DNA from: an uncultured bacterium
GTDB taxonomy: Bacteria; JAGOEH01
Reading direction: 5' to 3'
Assembly (NCBI GenBank): GCA_964632485.1
Contig: CAZWDO010000016.1
Coordinates: forward strand, 1 to 64,000
Length of the DNA: 64,000 nucleotides
Under the pieces are notes generated by a model that did no database searches, was not told the DNA's origin, and saw nothing but the letters and a program-made list of their open reading frames with translations. A program made the translations under genes and the position numbers. Numbering within the stretch: the first letter of the stretch is position 1; each line of letters begins with the position of its first letter. This document shows positions 47,845 through 58,591 of this stretch, piece after piece.

Positions 47845-50038
47845 AACCCATACTTTTCAGTTTTTTCACAACAAAACTGGCAACTTCGTGGCCTTTAGTT
47901 CCCCGCCCAAAGCCGGCATCCATGCCTTCGGCTTTCGCGATTTCATTGGTCACCTGGGTGCCGCCGGCTATTAGAACCAGTTTTTCGCGCACACCTTTTT
48001 CCACGCAAATATCATGTAGTTTGCGCATGTTGATACGGTGAATGTCTCCGTGCGAGATGATCGTCGAAGCGCCGATCAACTGGGCGCCGATCTCCTGAGC
48101 GGCATCGACCAGCTTATTTAATGGTACTGATGTACCCAGATAGAAACATTCGAACCCGAATTTTTCCAATCCGCCATGCTTGATATCCATCACTTCCTGC
48201 ATACCGACGCTATGTTCATCCTCACCCACTGTACCACCTACGAATTTTAAATTATGGCGGGTTACGAAATGTCGGATCTCTTCAATATCGAGCAGTTCTT
48301 CTTTTTCAGGAATCACAAGCTCGTGTTCATTCACACTATGATCAACGCGTCCTTTAACTTCCAGGAATGAACCCTCTTGCGGGTGTTGTATGACCATATT
48401 GATCACTTCAGGGTCATGTAATCCCATTTTCAGAGCCAGATCGAGAGCGGCATAGGGAGCTTTTTCCTGGCTGGTCGGCAGGAACATTTGCACGACCACA
48501 TACCCATCGCCGTGCCATTGCACTTCGGGTTTGATGCGGCCTTCGGCATGATCGTGGATATAACTTTCCAAACGGTTAGCGCAATTGTCTTCTTCGTCCA
48601 GTTCATCGATATAGACAATTTTTTCAGGTACGCATAAGGTGCATCCGTCAATCGCATCGCATGGTTTGCCCGTAGGGTCGGGTAAATGGTTGTGGCCGAA
48701 ATGGGCGCATACCGGGGCATAATAGTCGGCTTCGCGCGGAACAATGGAACCTGCCGCGATGCCGCCGAGTTGTTCGCGGGCAATACCGTCGCCCATACGT
48801 TCCGGGTAGTAACCGGAATCAACGAAATAGCCTTTTTCTACTGATGGGAAATAACCCCCTTGTTCGATAATCTCTTCCATAAAAAGGATTGCCCGTTCTT
48901 TGAGTTCCCTGACTTTTTGCGGGACAATACCGTCCTTTTTAATCTCGAGCATTTCTTTAATGCGGTCGAGGCCGTTAAAGGTCTGTTTGGCGGCATCGAC
49001 CGCTTTTATGTTATTGTAATGCCAGGGGACATTTCGTCCCTCATCAGGCGTAATCGTACTCTGAATGTCAGCTCGCGTCAGGGCGGAGATCAACATATCG
49101 ATTACATGCGTAATCGTCGCTTCATCTGAATCGCTTTCGATATAGCGCGTATTCTGCTGGGCCCTCATCTTGTACTCCTCAAACAAGTCGCGCAGAGCAA
49201 CGGCATAGGGGAAATCAAAGAAAAATTTTGGGCCCGGGGTGGATGTGGGCGGCACTGTAGATAGGCCGATGTTTTCTTTTTTCATTCCCGACTTAACCGA
49301 GAAAATGCAGTTGATGGCATGTTGTACCATAAGCTCGGGCATGACCTTCCATGCTTTTTTTGCAGTAGCGTTGGCGTTATGAGCGCCGTCGATTTGAAAT
49401 ATGCCGGCCCAGGCCATGATCTTTTTAGCTTCCGCCGCATCGATAAAAGAGCGGTACATATTAATATTACGGTAAAGGATATTGTATTGAGGGTCCTGGT
49501 GGGCGCCATTGACGCCTTCTTCGGCGAAAAGTACCGCAATTTCAGGTCCGGCTACACCCGAGACGTAAGAATGGAAATTGATAGGCCGCCCGACTTCGTC
49601 TTCAATTAAATCGCAGGCTTTGCGGGAAGCGCGAATCTGTTTGCGAGTGATTGGCACCCCGCCGATTCCTTCGGGCGTTCCTTCGATCAATCCGTCGAAA
49701 TGGGATTGTCCGGTTGTACGAATAACCATAAGATGATCGGCGCCATGCCAGGCGGCCATCCGCATGCGTCGTATATCGTCTTCAAATCGACCTGAAGCGA
49801 TCTCGGTTGTAATTACTGGACCGGGTTGCGGATCAATATGGGCAAAATGCTTGCTGGCAGGTAACGGGACTGAATGTTGTAAGGGTTCACTGTGGTCATG
49901 GAAGATAAAATCCGCCATAGCCAGGGAGTTCACTTTTTTCCGCCAGCTCCAACCCCGACGGCGAGGACGATACGTATCCAGATTTTTCAATAGTTCCGGA
50001 ATATCCATCTTTTTATTTATATCCAAACGCATAGACAA
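47837..50038 (-). CDS. oraE: D-ornithine 4,5-aminomutase beta subunit (B12/PLP)
   Basis: EIASGRFEDDIRRMRMAAWHGADH, DEHSVG cobalamin-binding motif, DIKHGG PLP Lys, DAGFGRG. Confidence 0.95.
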   Translation of the reverse strand: MSMRLDINKKMDIPELLKNLDTYRPRRRGWSWRKKVNSLAMADFIFHDHSEPLQHSVPLPASKHFAHIDPQPGPVITTEIASGRFEDDIRRMRMAAWHGADHLMVIRTTGQSHFDGLIEGTPEGIGGVPITRKQIRASRKACDLIEDEVGRPINFHSYVSGVAGPEIAVLFAEEGVNGAHQDPQYNILYRNINMYRSFIDAAEAKKIMAWAGIFQIDGAHNANATAKKAWKVMPELMVQHAINCIFSVKSGMKKENIGLSTVPPTSTPGPKFFFDFPYAVALRDLFEEYKMRAQQNTRYIESDSDEATITHVIDMLISALTRADIQSTITPDEGRNVPWHYNNIKAVDAAKQTFNGLDRIKEMLEIKKDGIVPQKVRELKERAILFMEEIIEQGGYFPSVEKGYFVDSGYYPERMGDGIAREQLGGIAAGSIVPREADYYAPVCAHFGHNHLPDPTGKPCDAIDGCTLCVPEKIVYIDELDEEDNCANRLESYIHDHAEGRIKPEVQWHGDGYVVVQMFLPTSQEKAPYAALDLALKMGLHDPEVINMVIQHPQEGSFLEVKGRVDHSVNEHELVIPEKEELLDIEEIRHFVTRHNLKFVGGTVGEDEHSVGMQEVMDIKHGGLEKFGFECFYLGTSVPLNKLVDAAQEIGAQLIGASTIISHGDIHRINMRKLHDICVEKGVREKLVLIAGGTQVTNEIAKAEGMDAGFGRGTKGHEVASFVVKKLKSMGYE

Positions 50039-50069
50039 CTCCTTTGGGTAGACGCTTCGGCCGATTGGG

Positions 50070-50447
50070 CTATTGTAATGTTGACACGCTAAAATTCAGG
50101 GTCTCGATGGGATATCCTTCCATTATTTTTTTTCCGGCTTCAGTATAACTGATATCCAATTTTTCTGCTAATTTAATTAATATATGTCCGGCGCCGTGAC
50201 CCAGTAAATGGCGATCTTCGATTTGTTTAACAATCGATTTCGCATCCAGCGAACTGAATCCCATACGCAAAACGATACTCCGTTCAATCGCCGGGGAGGT
50301 ATGATTTTTAGCTAAATGGATCATCGGGTCAACAATTTTCTCTGCTAAGCTCCAGAATCGCTGATGGAGTTCTTTATCGGACAGATTTTTTAAATTTTCG
50401 TGGCGTCGATTGAAATCGTCTTCACGGGCTTTAAGCCGTTCACTCAT
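50070..50447 (-). CDS. oraS: D-ornithine 4,5-aminomutase alpha subunit
   Basis: REDDF..R..LK.LSD.EL..RFW, HTSPAIERS.VLRMGFSS, LLGHGAGH. Confidence 0.92.
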   Translation of the reverse strand: MSERLKAREDDFNRRHENLKNLSDKELHQRFWSLAEKIVDPMIHLAKNHTSPAIERSIVLRMGFSSLDAKSIVKQIEDRHLLGHGAGHILIKLAEKLDISYTEAGKKIMEGYPIETLNFSVSTLQ

Positions 50448-50460
50448 AGTTACCTCATTT

Positions 50461-51873
50461 CTATCCGTGATGGATCAGGTTGATTTCGTCCTCAACACGC
50501 TTGAAATCCCAACGAAGCTCCTGGCGCAGAAATTCCCTGTCCAACTCCGTTAGAATATCCAGAGGATAATTTTTTTTAAGATTTTTCAGGTAGGATCGTT
50601 TCAGATCGTCCAGATTGAGTTCAATGGCGTTTAACTGGTTGATTTCATGTGGAATGGCAATGATTTTCCCGGGTACGTTTTCTTCAGGCAATCCCTGGCG
50701 GACTTCGATCCCTTTTTGTTTAGCCAATTTGAGTTGAGCCAGCGGGTGTTTTCCGGCGCCGGTATATTCCGTTTCCTGAACGACCACGATTTCATCAGTT
50801 GGCAATTCCCTGGCCAGAGAGATAGCTGCAGCGAGCGAGATATTGCCGGCGGGTCCCCGTTCAATCCCTTCTACCCGCGATAACAGTTCCGTGGCGAAAA
50901 ATACTTCGCCCTGGGTGACTGTATAGAGCGCGTCTAAGTAGCGCAGGGGGCGCGCGGCGTTGCGGGGAACGTCGGAACGATCCGGCCAGGTCGCAAATGG
51001 AATTCCGAATCCGGTGTGACCGGTGGTGAATGATTTCATATTGAAATCGCGGTCGCTGGCCATGTGAAGACCACTTAAATCAACACTGGCTCCGATCATG
51101 CGGCATGAAGTAGCGCCGGCTTTGATGGCGCCGCGGGCGGTACCTGTAACATTGCCCCCTCCGGCATGCGTTATGACGATCGCGGCCGGTTCCTTGCCAT
51201 ATTTACGCTGGATATCTGTGATGAGTTCATGTCCCAGTGTTTCGATACCCGCGATACTATAGGGGGTATAAAGCGATGAATTGAAGAATCCGGTATCCTC
51301 AAGGGTTAAGAGCAGATTGTAAAAGAGTTCGGGGCCAACCGTACACATGTGGACTTCCGCGCCGAAGGCTTCACATTTGCGAGCTTTTTCGATGATTTCG
51401 GGTTGCCCTTCATGCCGGGAATCGAATACTTCCTGAATAATGATGCATGAGAGTCCTTGCTGAGCTGCCTGGGAAGCGACCGCTGCGCCATAATTGCCGC
51501 TGGTAGCTGCAATTACGCCGCGATATCCGCGTTTTTTTGCCTCGTAAACTGATAAACTTGCGCGTCGCGCTTTAAAAGAGCCGGAAGCATTCGCCGCTTC
51601 GTCCTTCAATAAAATCCGCGCTCCATATCCCTGACGACTTATACTGCGAACTAATTCCGTGATATTTTTTAATTCAAATAATGGAGTGTTTCCAACTTTA
51701 CTTTGAGATTGAACGTGGGCAATTTCTTCTAAAGTATAACCTACAGCATTCATCATCTTCTCATAATCGAAACTGAGAGATGCAGTTTCGAACTGAAGAT
51801 AGTCAAGTCCCAATGCTTGTTTCATAATTTCATTTTTACGAGCCATAACGGCGTTGTAACTTCTATCCGACAT
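50461..51873 (-). CDS. ortB: 2-amino-4-oxopentanoate thiolase beta subunit (PLP)
   Basis: SYNAVMARKNEIMK, KDEA.NASGSFKARRA, ATSGNYGAAVASQAA, QETEYTGAGKH. Confidence 0.93.
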   Translation of the reverse strand: MSDRSYNAVMARKNEIMKQALGLDYLQFETASLSFDYEKMMNAVGYTLEEIAHVQSQSKVGNTPLFELKNITELVRSISRQGYGARILLKDEAANASGSFKARRASLSVYEAKKRGYRGVIAATSGNYGAAVASQAAQQGLSCIIIQEVFDSRHEGQPEIIEKARKCEAFGAEVHMCTVGPELFYNLLLTLEDTGFFNSSLYTPYSIAGIETLGHELITDIQRKYGKEPAAIVITHAGGGNVTGTARGAIKAGATSCRMIGASVDLSGLHMASDRDFNMKSFTTGHTGFGIPFATWPDRSDVPRNAARPLRYLDALYTVTQGEVFFATELLSRVEGIERGPAGNISLAAAISLARELPTDEIVVVQETEYTGAGKHPLAQLKLAKQKGIEVRQGLPEENVPGKIIAIPHEINQLNAIELNLDDLKRSYLKNLKKNYPLDILTELDREFLRQELRWDFKRVEDEINLIHHG

Positions 51874-51877
51874 TTCT

Positions 51878-52180
51878 CTATCCCTTCGTTCGGGAATGAA
51901 CCCGTGTTTCAATTTTCAGTAGTTCGTTAAGCTGGGGTCCAAAGGAATGAGTGAATTCTGGCTGGATACTATAGAGCTCTCCCTCCAGGGATCGGCCAAT
52001 ACGCGTCTCAATGGTCACAAAATCTCCGGTTCGAGCCCGTTCGTTTTTTAAAAAACCATTAATAAATGTTTGATAATGAGTTTTTCGAGTCTCTTCAGGA
52101 ATTGCCGCCGTTCGTTCTTGCGGTTCAAGAATGGCGCGACGAATTTGAACATAGTCGCCCCGTAACGCTACATTTTCCAC
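51878..52180 (-). CDS. ortA: 2-amino-4-oxopentanoate thiolase alpha subunit
   Basis: GD.V.I...ILEP.ER...IPEET, G.L, IETRIGR..EG.L...P.F.HSFG. Confidence 0.88.
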   Translation of the reverse strand: MENVALRGDYVQIRRAILEPQERTAAIPEETRKTHYQTFINGFLKNERARTGDFVTIETRIGRSLEGELYSIQPEFTHSFGPQLNELLKIETRVHSRTKG

Positions 52181-52346
52181 GGATGCTCCTTTGCTGACGG
52201 ATATAAAGTAATTAAGTGGCGCTTGAATTTACCCGGCGTTGAATTCTCAGATAATTTTTTACTTCCAAAAAAATAGAGCTCTGTTTTTTGCAGTGAAACG
52301 CAATCTTCTCATCTGCCGGGTATGGAGAACGGGCCTTGTTGCGCCA

Positions 52347-52370
52347 TAAAAGGGGCCGATGCCCCTTTTA
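52347..52370 (-). terminator. hairpin/terminator after ord
   Basis: TAAAAGGGGC-cgat-GCCCCTTTTA, perfect 10-bp stem. Confidence 0.75.
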
Positions 52371-52373
52371 AAA

Positions 52374-53390
52374 TCAATTGACAATCGCGTGGACCATTGG
52401 CAGGTCGGCCATGGTCTTGAAACCGGGTTCGGCTTCATACACCATGGGAATAATATTGACGGCAGTCGCCATCGTGCCAATACCGCCGGGAATCTCGGGG
52501 CTGTTGGCAACATTGATATTGGGCGTTCCCTTGATAGTAATATAATCGCCCGTTTTCACATCAGCCATGCCCGGGTGTATCTGCTGGGGATGAATCAATT
52601 TAATTTTTATTTTACCGTCAACCCAACCCTCAGCTATATGGCGGCATCCGGCAACCCCGCCTTTAGGGACTTTGACACAGGAGGTTTCACGTTCTACTTC
52701 GGTGATGATCGGTTCACGGGTCTGGGTAATCTTTTCGATTTTCCATCCCAGAGCTTTGGCAATCATGTGGATCGATTCTTCAAAACCAATATGGCCGACG
52801 ATCGTCCCCTCTTCAATCCCTTTTTTAAACTCTTCTACAGTCGTTCCGACACCCTGAGTTTTCATAACGGTGGGTCCAAAAGGAGATAGATCATTGATAC
52901 GCGACGCTTCGATTGATTCAACATCCAAACATGCGCCGCTGAGTAAAATTACCAGACTGTCCAGTACAAAACCCGGATTCACGCCAGTTCCTACAAGGCT
53001 AATTCCGTTTTGTTTGGCTAATTGGTCCAGACGATCGGCGATTTCGGGAGCGTTGGCCCATGGATAAGCAGCCTGTTCGGCGATTGTTACTATATTAATT
53101 TTATTTTCTATAATACGCGTCAATTCACCTTCAATTTCTTTCATAAATGATCCGGTTGCGTGAACGATCACATCGGGTTTGACGGTGGCAATTGCATCTT
53201 CAAATTTTGTATAGACAACCGCATTGCTATTACCTGTTCCAAGTATATCGCTGATTTTTTTTCCGGCTAATTCTTTTTGATGATTGACAATTACTCCGGT
53301 CAGTTCAAATTTTTGCTTACTTAAAATCCCCTTGACAATTCCTTTTCCCATATTGCCAAAACCCCATACGACGACCTTGATTTTCGACAT
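52374..53390 (-). CDS. ord: 2,4-diaminopentanoate dehydrogenase
   Basis: WGFGNMG, GTGVNPGFVLD, RINDLSPFG.TVM..QGVG, GHIGFEES, EIPGGIGT. Confidence 0.93.
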   Translation of the reverse strand: MSKIKVVVWGFGNMGKGIVKGILSKQKFELTGVIVNHQKELAGKKISDILGTGNSNAVVYTKFEDAIATVKPDVIVHATGSFMKEIEGELTRIIENKINIVTIAEQAAYPWANAPEIADRLDQLAKQNGISLVGTGVNPGFVLDSLVILLSGACLDVESIEASRINDLSPFGPTVMKTQGVGTTVEEFKKGIEEGTIVGHIGFEESIHMIAKALGWKIEKITQTREPIITEVERETSCVKVPKGGVAGCRHIAEGWVDGKIKIKLIHPQQIHPGMADVKTGDYITIKGTPNINVANSPEIPGGIGTMATAVNIIPMVYEAEPGFKTMADLPMVHAIVN

Positions 53391-53845
53391 TCGTTGGCTC
53401 CTTCGATTAACTGGTTAATTGACGATTTCTTATATCGCGACGCTCGCGAACGATAGTGGATATTTAGAAAAAAATGAAAAAAAAGTCAAGCTGTTGCTCA
53501 AAAAATTTTAAGTTTGAAATTTTTTTTCATAAAATTAGTTTGATAAAAGTTTTTTTTCATCGGCAGGTTTAAGAGGATTTCCAAAAGCGCCGTACTGATG
53601 CCAATTTGCTACGAAAAAAATCGGGTATTCAGGGGTATCAAATGCGTATATATCAATGAATGGTTGTTAATATCTTCAATGGGGAGTTTATTATAGTGGA
53701 AGTTTGAATATTTTAGAATAAAAATCATTGGATAATCAAAATATGATTAAAAATTGTTAAAATTTAAAAAATTTAAAAAAATACTTGTTTTTTATTTTAG
53801 AACAGTTTATTATTATTATTATTAACTCAGGAAAGGAGTGATAAC

Positions 53846-54808
53846 ATGGTGTTAAAAAAAGTGGATAAGGCCGCAGAGATTGCCATACGGGATTGTATGG
53901 GAGCTCAAGAAGGCGAAAAGATTTTAATTGTTACTGATGAGAACAAATTAGAAATGGCGCGTACTTTGTATGTGAATGCTCAGCGTTTAGGGTATGATGC
54001 TTTAATGGTAGAGATGAAGTCCCGTAAAGGAAATGGTGAAGAACCACCGGCTGAGATAGCTGAAATGATGAAGTTGTTTCAGATCGTATTTTGTGTTACT
54101 ACAAAATCGCTTACGCATACAGATGCGCGGCGCAATGCTTCAGCGGCAGGGGTTCGCGTGGCGAGTCTTCCGGGCATCACTCGTGAGGTATTTGTGCGGG
54201 GTTTGAGCGCCAATTATCACGAAATTGCCGCTTTGAGTATTAAACTGAAGGGAATATTGGAAAAAGGGAAAATTATCAGAGTGCTTTCCCGTACTGGAAC
54301 GAATCTCACCATGAAGATTGCCGGTCGTAAGGTGATTGCCAGCAAGGGGTTGTTTCATGCTCCCGGGGAAAGCGGCAATTTGCCGACCGGGGAAACCTAT
54401 TTGTCTCCAGTGGAAGGATCCTCTCAGGGAACACTCGTGATCGACGGGTCAATGGCCGGTTTGGGTATCATGAAACGTTCAGTGATACGAATCGTAGTCA
54501 AAGATGGGTTTGCCACCAAAATTACGGGTGGATTTGAAGCCCGCAAATTAATCAGATTGTTGAGCCAATATGGACCAGAGGCGTATAATATTGCTGAATT
54601 TGGTATCGGAACTAATCCTAATGCTCGTATCAGCGGGGTTGTTCTGGAAGATGAAAAAGTGATGGGAACAGTCCATGTCGCTCTCGGTGACAATCAATCT
54701 ATGGGGGGCTCGGTGGCAGTGCCCAGTCATCTTGATGGTGTTCTTCGCCAGCCGACCTTTTATATGGATGAGAAACTGATGATGCGGGATGGAGTTTTGT
54801 TAATCTGA
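53846..54808 (+). CDS. M29-family (thermophilic metallo-) aminopeptidase
   Basis: GEEPP, SLTHT, GNLPTGE, IAEFGIGTN, LEDEKVMGTVHVALG, SHLD. Confidence 0.88.
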   Translation: MVLKKVDKAAEIAIRDCMGAQEGEKILIVTDENKLEMARTLYVNAQRLGYDALMVEMKSRKGNGEEPPAEIAEMMKLFQIVFCVTTKSLTHTDARRNASAAGVRVASLPGITREVFVRGLSANYHEIAALSIKLKGILEKGKIIRVLSRTGTNLTMKIAGRKVIASKGLFHAPGESGNLPTGETYLSPVEGSSQGTLVIDGSMAGLGIMKRSVIRIVVKDGFATKITGGFEARKLIRLLSQYGPEAYNIAEFGIGTNPNARISGVVLEDEKVMGTVHVALGDNQSMGGSVAVPSHLDGVLRQPTFYMDEKLMMRDGVLLI

Positions 54809-54830
54809 CGATCTATTTGTTGAACAATTG

Positions 54831-55484
54831 CTAAAGTAGAGGATCGGATATGCCGGCAAGTTCAAATCCCCGTTTGCGAAGCAGGCAGCTATCGCATTGT
54901 CCGCAAGGTTGATCTTCATTTTGATAGCAAGACCAGGTGAGTTTGAACGGAACTCTCAGACGGATGCCCCACTCAACAATTTCCTTTTTTGATAGTTGCA
55001 CGAGCGGGGTTTCTATCGTTAAATTGCCTTGGACAGTGCCAACCCGCAGAGCCTGGTTGAAAGCCTGATAAAATTCTGCCCGGCAATCGGGATAACCGGA
55101 ACTGTCAGTTTCAACAGCGGCGATATAAATATGCGTAGCCTGCATGACTTCCGCAAGAGCTACGCTGTAGGATAGAAAAATGCCATTGCGAAAAGGAACA
55201 TAGGTCGAGGGTATTTCGTGGGCATGAAGAGTGTTTTTGGGGATTGCCATCGCGGGATCGGTCAGGCTGGAGTGACCTAACTGTTTCAGGAAATCGAAGG
55301 AAATAATCTGTTTGTGTTGGATTCCATAGTATTCTGCCAGCGAATGGAAACACTGTTCTTCTTTTTTTTCTGTGAGTTGGCCGTAATTGAAATGGATAAA
55401 CATGACTTGTGGGTGTTTTTCCATGGCAATTGCGGCAGCCACTGCGGAATCCATTCCGCCGCTGACTAAAATGATGGCATTCAT
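54831..55484 (-). CDS. queC: 7-cyano-7-deazaguanine synthase
   Basis: SGGMDS, YVPFRN, GYPDCR, TWSCY...CGQCDSC. Confidence 0.95.
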   Translation of the reverse strand: MNAIILVSGGMDSAVAAAIAMEKHPQVMFIHFNYGQLTEKKEEQCFHSLAEYYGIQHKQIISFDFLKQLGHSSLTDPAMAIPKNTLHAHEIPSTYVPFRNGIFLSYSVALAEVMQATHIYIAAVETDSSGYPDCRAEFYQAFNQALRVGTVQGNLTIETPLVQLSKKEIVEWGIRLRVPFKLTWSCYQNEDQPCGQCDSCLLRKRGFELAGISDPLL

Positions 55485-55485
55485 T

Positions 55486-56136
55486 TTATACTCCTCTGGT
55501 TTGCAGGGGCCATATTATCCGGTGTAATTGCAGTTGAAGGCGACCAGAAACGTGGTCCCGCAACATCCATTCCGCCAATAATGCGGGTTCAAGTCTGCCT
55601 TGGACGGGTGAAAACAGGATTTCGGCCGGTAATTGATGCGTTTGGCTCCGAATAAAATCCAGGGCATAGCTCCAATCTTTTTCATCGGCAATCAGAAATT
55701 TCAGTTGGTCTTGGCGCGGATTGATGTAAGTCCAATTTTCTTCCAGGAAACTTCCGCTTTCTCCGCTGGAAGGGGGTTTTATGTCAATAATTTTAATAAT
55801 CTCGGCAGGAATGGGGGAGAGTGAGAGTGAGCCATTGGTTTCCAATAGTACTGTATAGGAAAGATGCAAAAGGATATTCATTAAATGCGCGACAGTGGGA
55901 GCCTGGAGCAAGGGTTCGCCGCCGGTAAGCGAGACCAACCGGCAGTTGAAGGGTTCAATTTGTGTTGGAATCAATTCCGGCGCTATGAGTTCCCCCGGTT
56001 CTTCATTAGCATAACGCGTATCGCACCAATGGCAGTTCAGATTGCATCCACTGGTTCGAATGAAAATGCAAGGGCGGCCCATATAGCTGGTTTCGCCCTG
56101 GATACTATAGAATATTTCGTTAATGCGTAGTTTCAT
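55486..56136 (-). CDS. queE: 7-carboxy-7-deazaguanine synthase (radical SAM)
   Basis: EIFYSIQGE, CNLNCHWCDT, TGGEP, LETNG, QLQLH. Confidence 0.93.
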   Translation of the reverse strand: MKLRINEIFYSIQGETSYMGRPCIFIRTSGCNLNCHWCDTRYANEEPGELIAPELIPTQIEPFNCRLVSLTGGEPLLQAPTVAHLMNILLHLSYTVLLETNGSLSLSPIPAEIIKIIDIKPPSSGESGSFLEENWTYINPRQDQLKFLIADEKDWSYALDFIRSQTHQLPAEILFSPVQGRLEPALLAEWMLRDHVSGRLQLQLHRIIWPLQTRGV

Positions 56137-56497
56137 CGCGATAAATCACGGAATAATTATCGGATTCAAACACTTCAATCTCGTAAATTTTTACATTGGG
56201 GAGGTTCATTTCTGCCAATATGCGAAACAATACCAGCGCAATGTGTTCCGCTGTCGGATTTTGATCTTTGAATTCGGGGAGTTCATTCAGGTAACAATGG
56301 TCAAAATGAGCAATTGTTTTTTGTACTTGCTGTTTAAGCTCCCGAAAATCAAGTCCCATGCCCAGGCTATCCAATTGTTCGACACGGAATATAATTTTCA
56401 GCTTCCAATTGTGGCCGTGCAGCCGGGAGCAATCACCCGGGTACTCCTGCAAATGATGGGCGGCTGAAAAATGGGATCGAATTGTGAGATAGAGCAT
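56120..56497 (-). CDS. queD: 6-carboxytetrahydropterin synthase
   Basis: FSAAH, CSRLHGHNW, DH.YLN, NPTAE, FES. Confidence 0.93.
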   Translation of the reverse strand: MLYLTIRSHFSAAHHLQEYPGDCSRLHGHNWKLKIIFRVEQLDSLGMGLDFRELKQQVQKTIAHFDHCYLNELPEFKDQNPTAEHIALVLFRILAEMNLPNVKIYEIEVFESDNYSVIYRDETTH

Positions 56498-56499
56498 CT

Positions 56500-58569
56500 T
56501 TATTCCTTGGATAATAAACGATAAAAATAGTAGTCTCGCCAAACAGTTTTCGTATAGTAACGGGTTTCCCGATAGGGAATCAATTCAATAAATGAGTAAA
56601 GGTCTTTATAGGGTCGATTTTCCAGCCAGCGTTTGACCGCATTGGGACCCGCGTTATAGGAAGCGATCCCCGGCGCGATAAAAGGCTGATGCCGGTTTAA
56701 CAGGTCGTTGAGGTAAACAGTTCCGAGCGTGATATTATACTCCGCATCAAATAGTTTCGAAATGTGATAGGTGAGTTTCTTTTTTTTTGCCAGGCTTTTA
56801 GCGGTTGTGGGCATCAATTGCATTAGGCCCCGGGCATTGGCGACCGATACTGCTTCATGGTTGAAACGTGATTCAGAGTTAATAATACTATAAACCAAGG
56901 CTTGGCTGAGGGGTGTATCGATTATTATTCGATCCAATTGCGATTGAAGGGGTTGAGGAAAAATCAGCGCTAACAATTCGCGGTCGGTCTGTAAACCATA
57001 CCGATAGAGGGAGTCCATCAGATACAAACGCGCAGTGTTAGCGGAATGATAATAGCGCTTGTTTTAGCGATGGAGATTGGTTAACAGCCAGGCGCTGAAA
57101 ACGCTTTTATTGGTTTCAAGGAAATATTGCGCATGGCGCGAAGCCAGATCGTCCAGCCCGGCATGGTAATAAAACATAATTTTTTTTACTAAGACGAGTT
57201 GATTCGGTTTTTTTTCCCAAACAAACGGTTTCATGCGCGCTATCGTGTCTATTTGGCATTTTCCCTGGCTTTCAAGGCCGTAAAAACTACCGGGAATGAG
57301 CGCGGCTGCCTGTTGGAAAAACGATTTCGCCGCGGTAGTATCTTTTAATTTCTCCCGGATAAGTCCATTAAAAAACAGAACTTGTTGGGCTTCAAAAGGA
57401 GTACTTTTAAAACAATCACTAAGTGCGAGATATTCAGCGGCTGTTTTCAGGTTTTCCCGGTAAAAAAGAGTGACGGCATGGCGGAAAATCTGGGTAAAAG
57501 CGTCCGGCCATGGGCGCGCTTCGATTTCGCGAAAAGGCGCAAGGTGGTTTTGAGCGGTGGCGATATCATCCCTGGAGAGATAATAATCGGCGAGTTTCAG
57601 ATGAAATTTCAGTTTTTCCTGGGGATAATTCGCGTTTTGCAAATATGATTCCATGAGTTTTTCGTTTTTTGCCTGCCGGGCAATCTGAAAGAGTTTCTCC
57701 CTCGTTTTTTCAGCAATGCGTGTCTTCGGCTCTTTTTTTATAATTTCAGTCCACTCCTGAATTGCCGCCCGTTGTTGCTTTTTCTTGTATTTTAGTTCTG
57801 CGGAACAATATCGATAGAGGGCTTTATCTTCGGTTGATTTCGCAAGTGGCCGCATATCAGCCAATATTTTTTTTGCCTTTAAAAGATTTTTCTGGGAGAT
57901 AAAGGATTGAAAACGATGATGTAACACATTAAACCATAGATCTTGATCGTTCAATTTTATGCGTTTGGCGCTCGTTTCAATGAATGCCGAAGGTGTTTGC
58001 CGTGTGGCAATGGCATATAACAGTGAATTGGATTTGGATGCGCTGTCAGTTTTCTCATAAGCCAGAGCCAGAATGTATTGAAGCGAGTCCTCTGGAACAT
58101 AGGGATGAGATTGGCGTTGAAGTTGTTCCAATCGGGTGATTGCTTGCGAAAAATTATTTTCTTGAAAATCAGCAACGGCTTTGCGGAACATAAACCATGG
58201 ATAAAACATAGATGAATCCGGGTCAGGAATGGGATTCTCCGGGTTTCTGGAGTTATCCAGGGATTGATAATAGGCCAGTAAATCCGAAATCAAAGTTCCG
58301 GAGCAATCCATCAAGGCCATCCAGGCGCTATCAATGCGTCCTTTTTCTCTCAGTTCAAGGGCTTCCCGAACCTTTTGCGCTATTTTTTCTTCTGCTCGCG
58401 TCAGGGTGTATTTTTGAGAAAATTGGTCCCATGTTGAATATGTTTCTGCTTCCGGCGTTCTTCGGGTTTGACCCGGGGAGTGTGTCGAATGCTCGCCTGA
58501 TTGGCACTGACTCACTCCCGTCAATGATAAAATAATTAATAGTAGAATATTTTTGAATATATTCAGCAA
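56500..58569 (-). pseudogene. slt: Slt70-like soluble lytic transglycosylase split by an in-frame TAA at 57064-57066
   Basis: TPR-rich 501-aa ORF continues in frame past TAA (HR*NKRYYHSANTARLY...) into the SLT domain: SESRF, ARGLMQLMP, ASYNAGP, ETRYY. Confidence 0.75.
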
Positions 58570-58591
58570 TTTGATTATTTCCTCCGGGCTT

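Noticed and set aside
54831-56497. queCED as part of a dpd DNA-modification island
   Set aside because: No dpdA/tgt-like or other dpd genes nearby; the context is ordinary queuosine biosynthesis.
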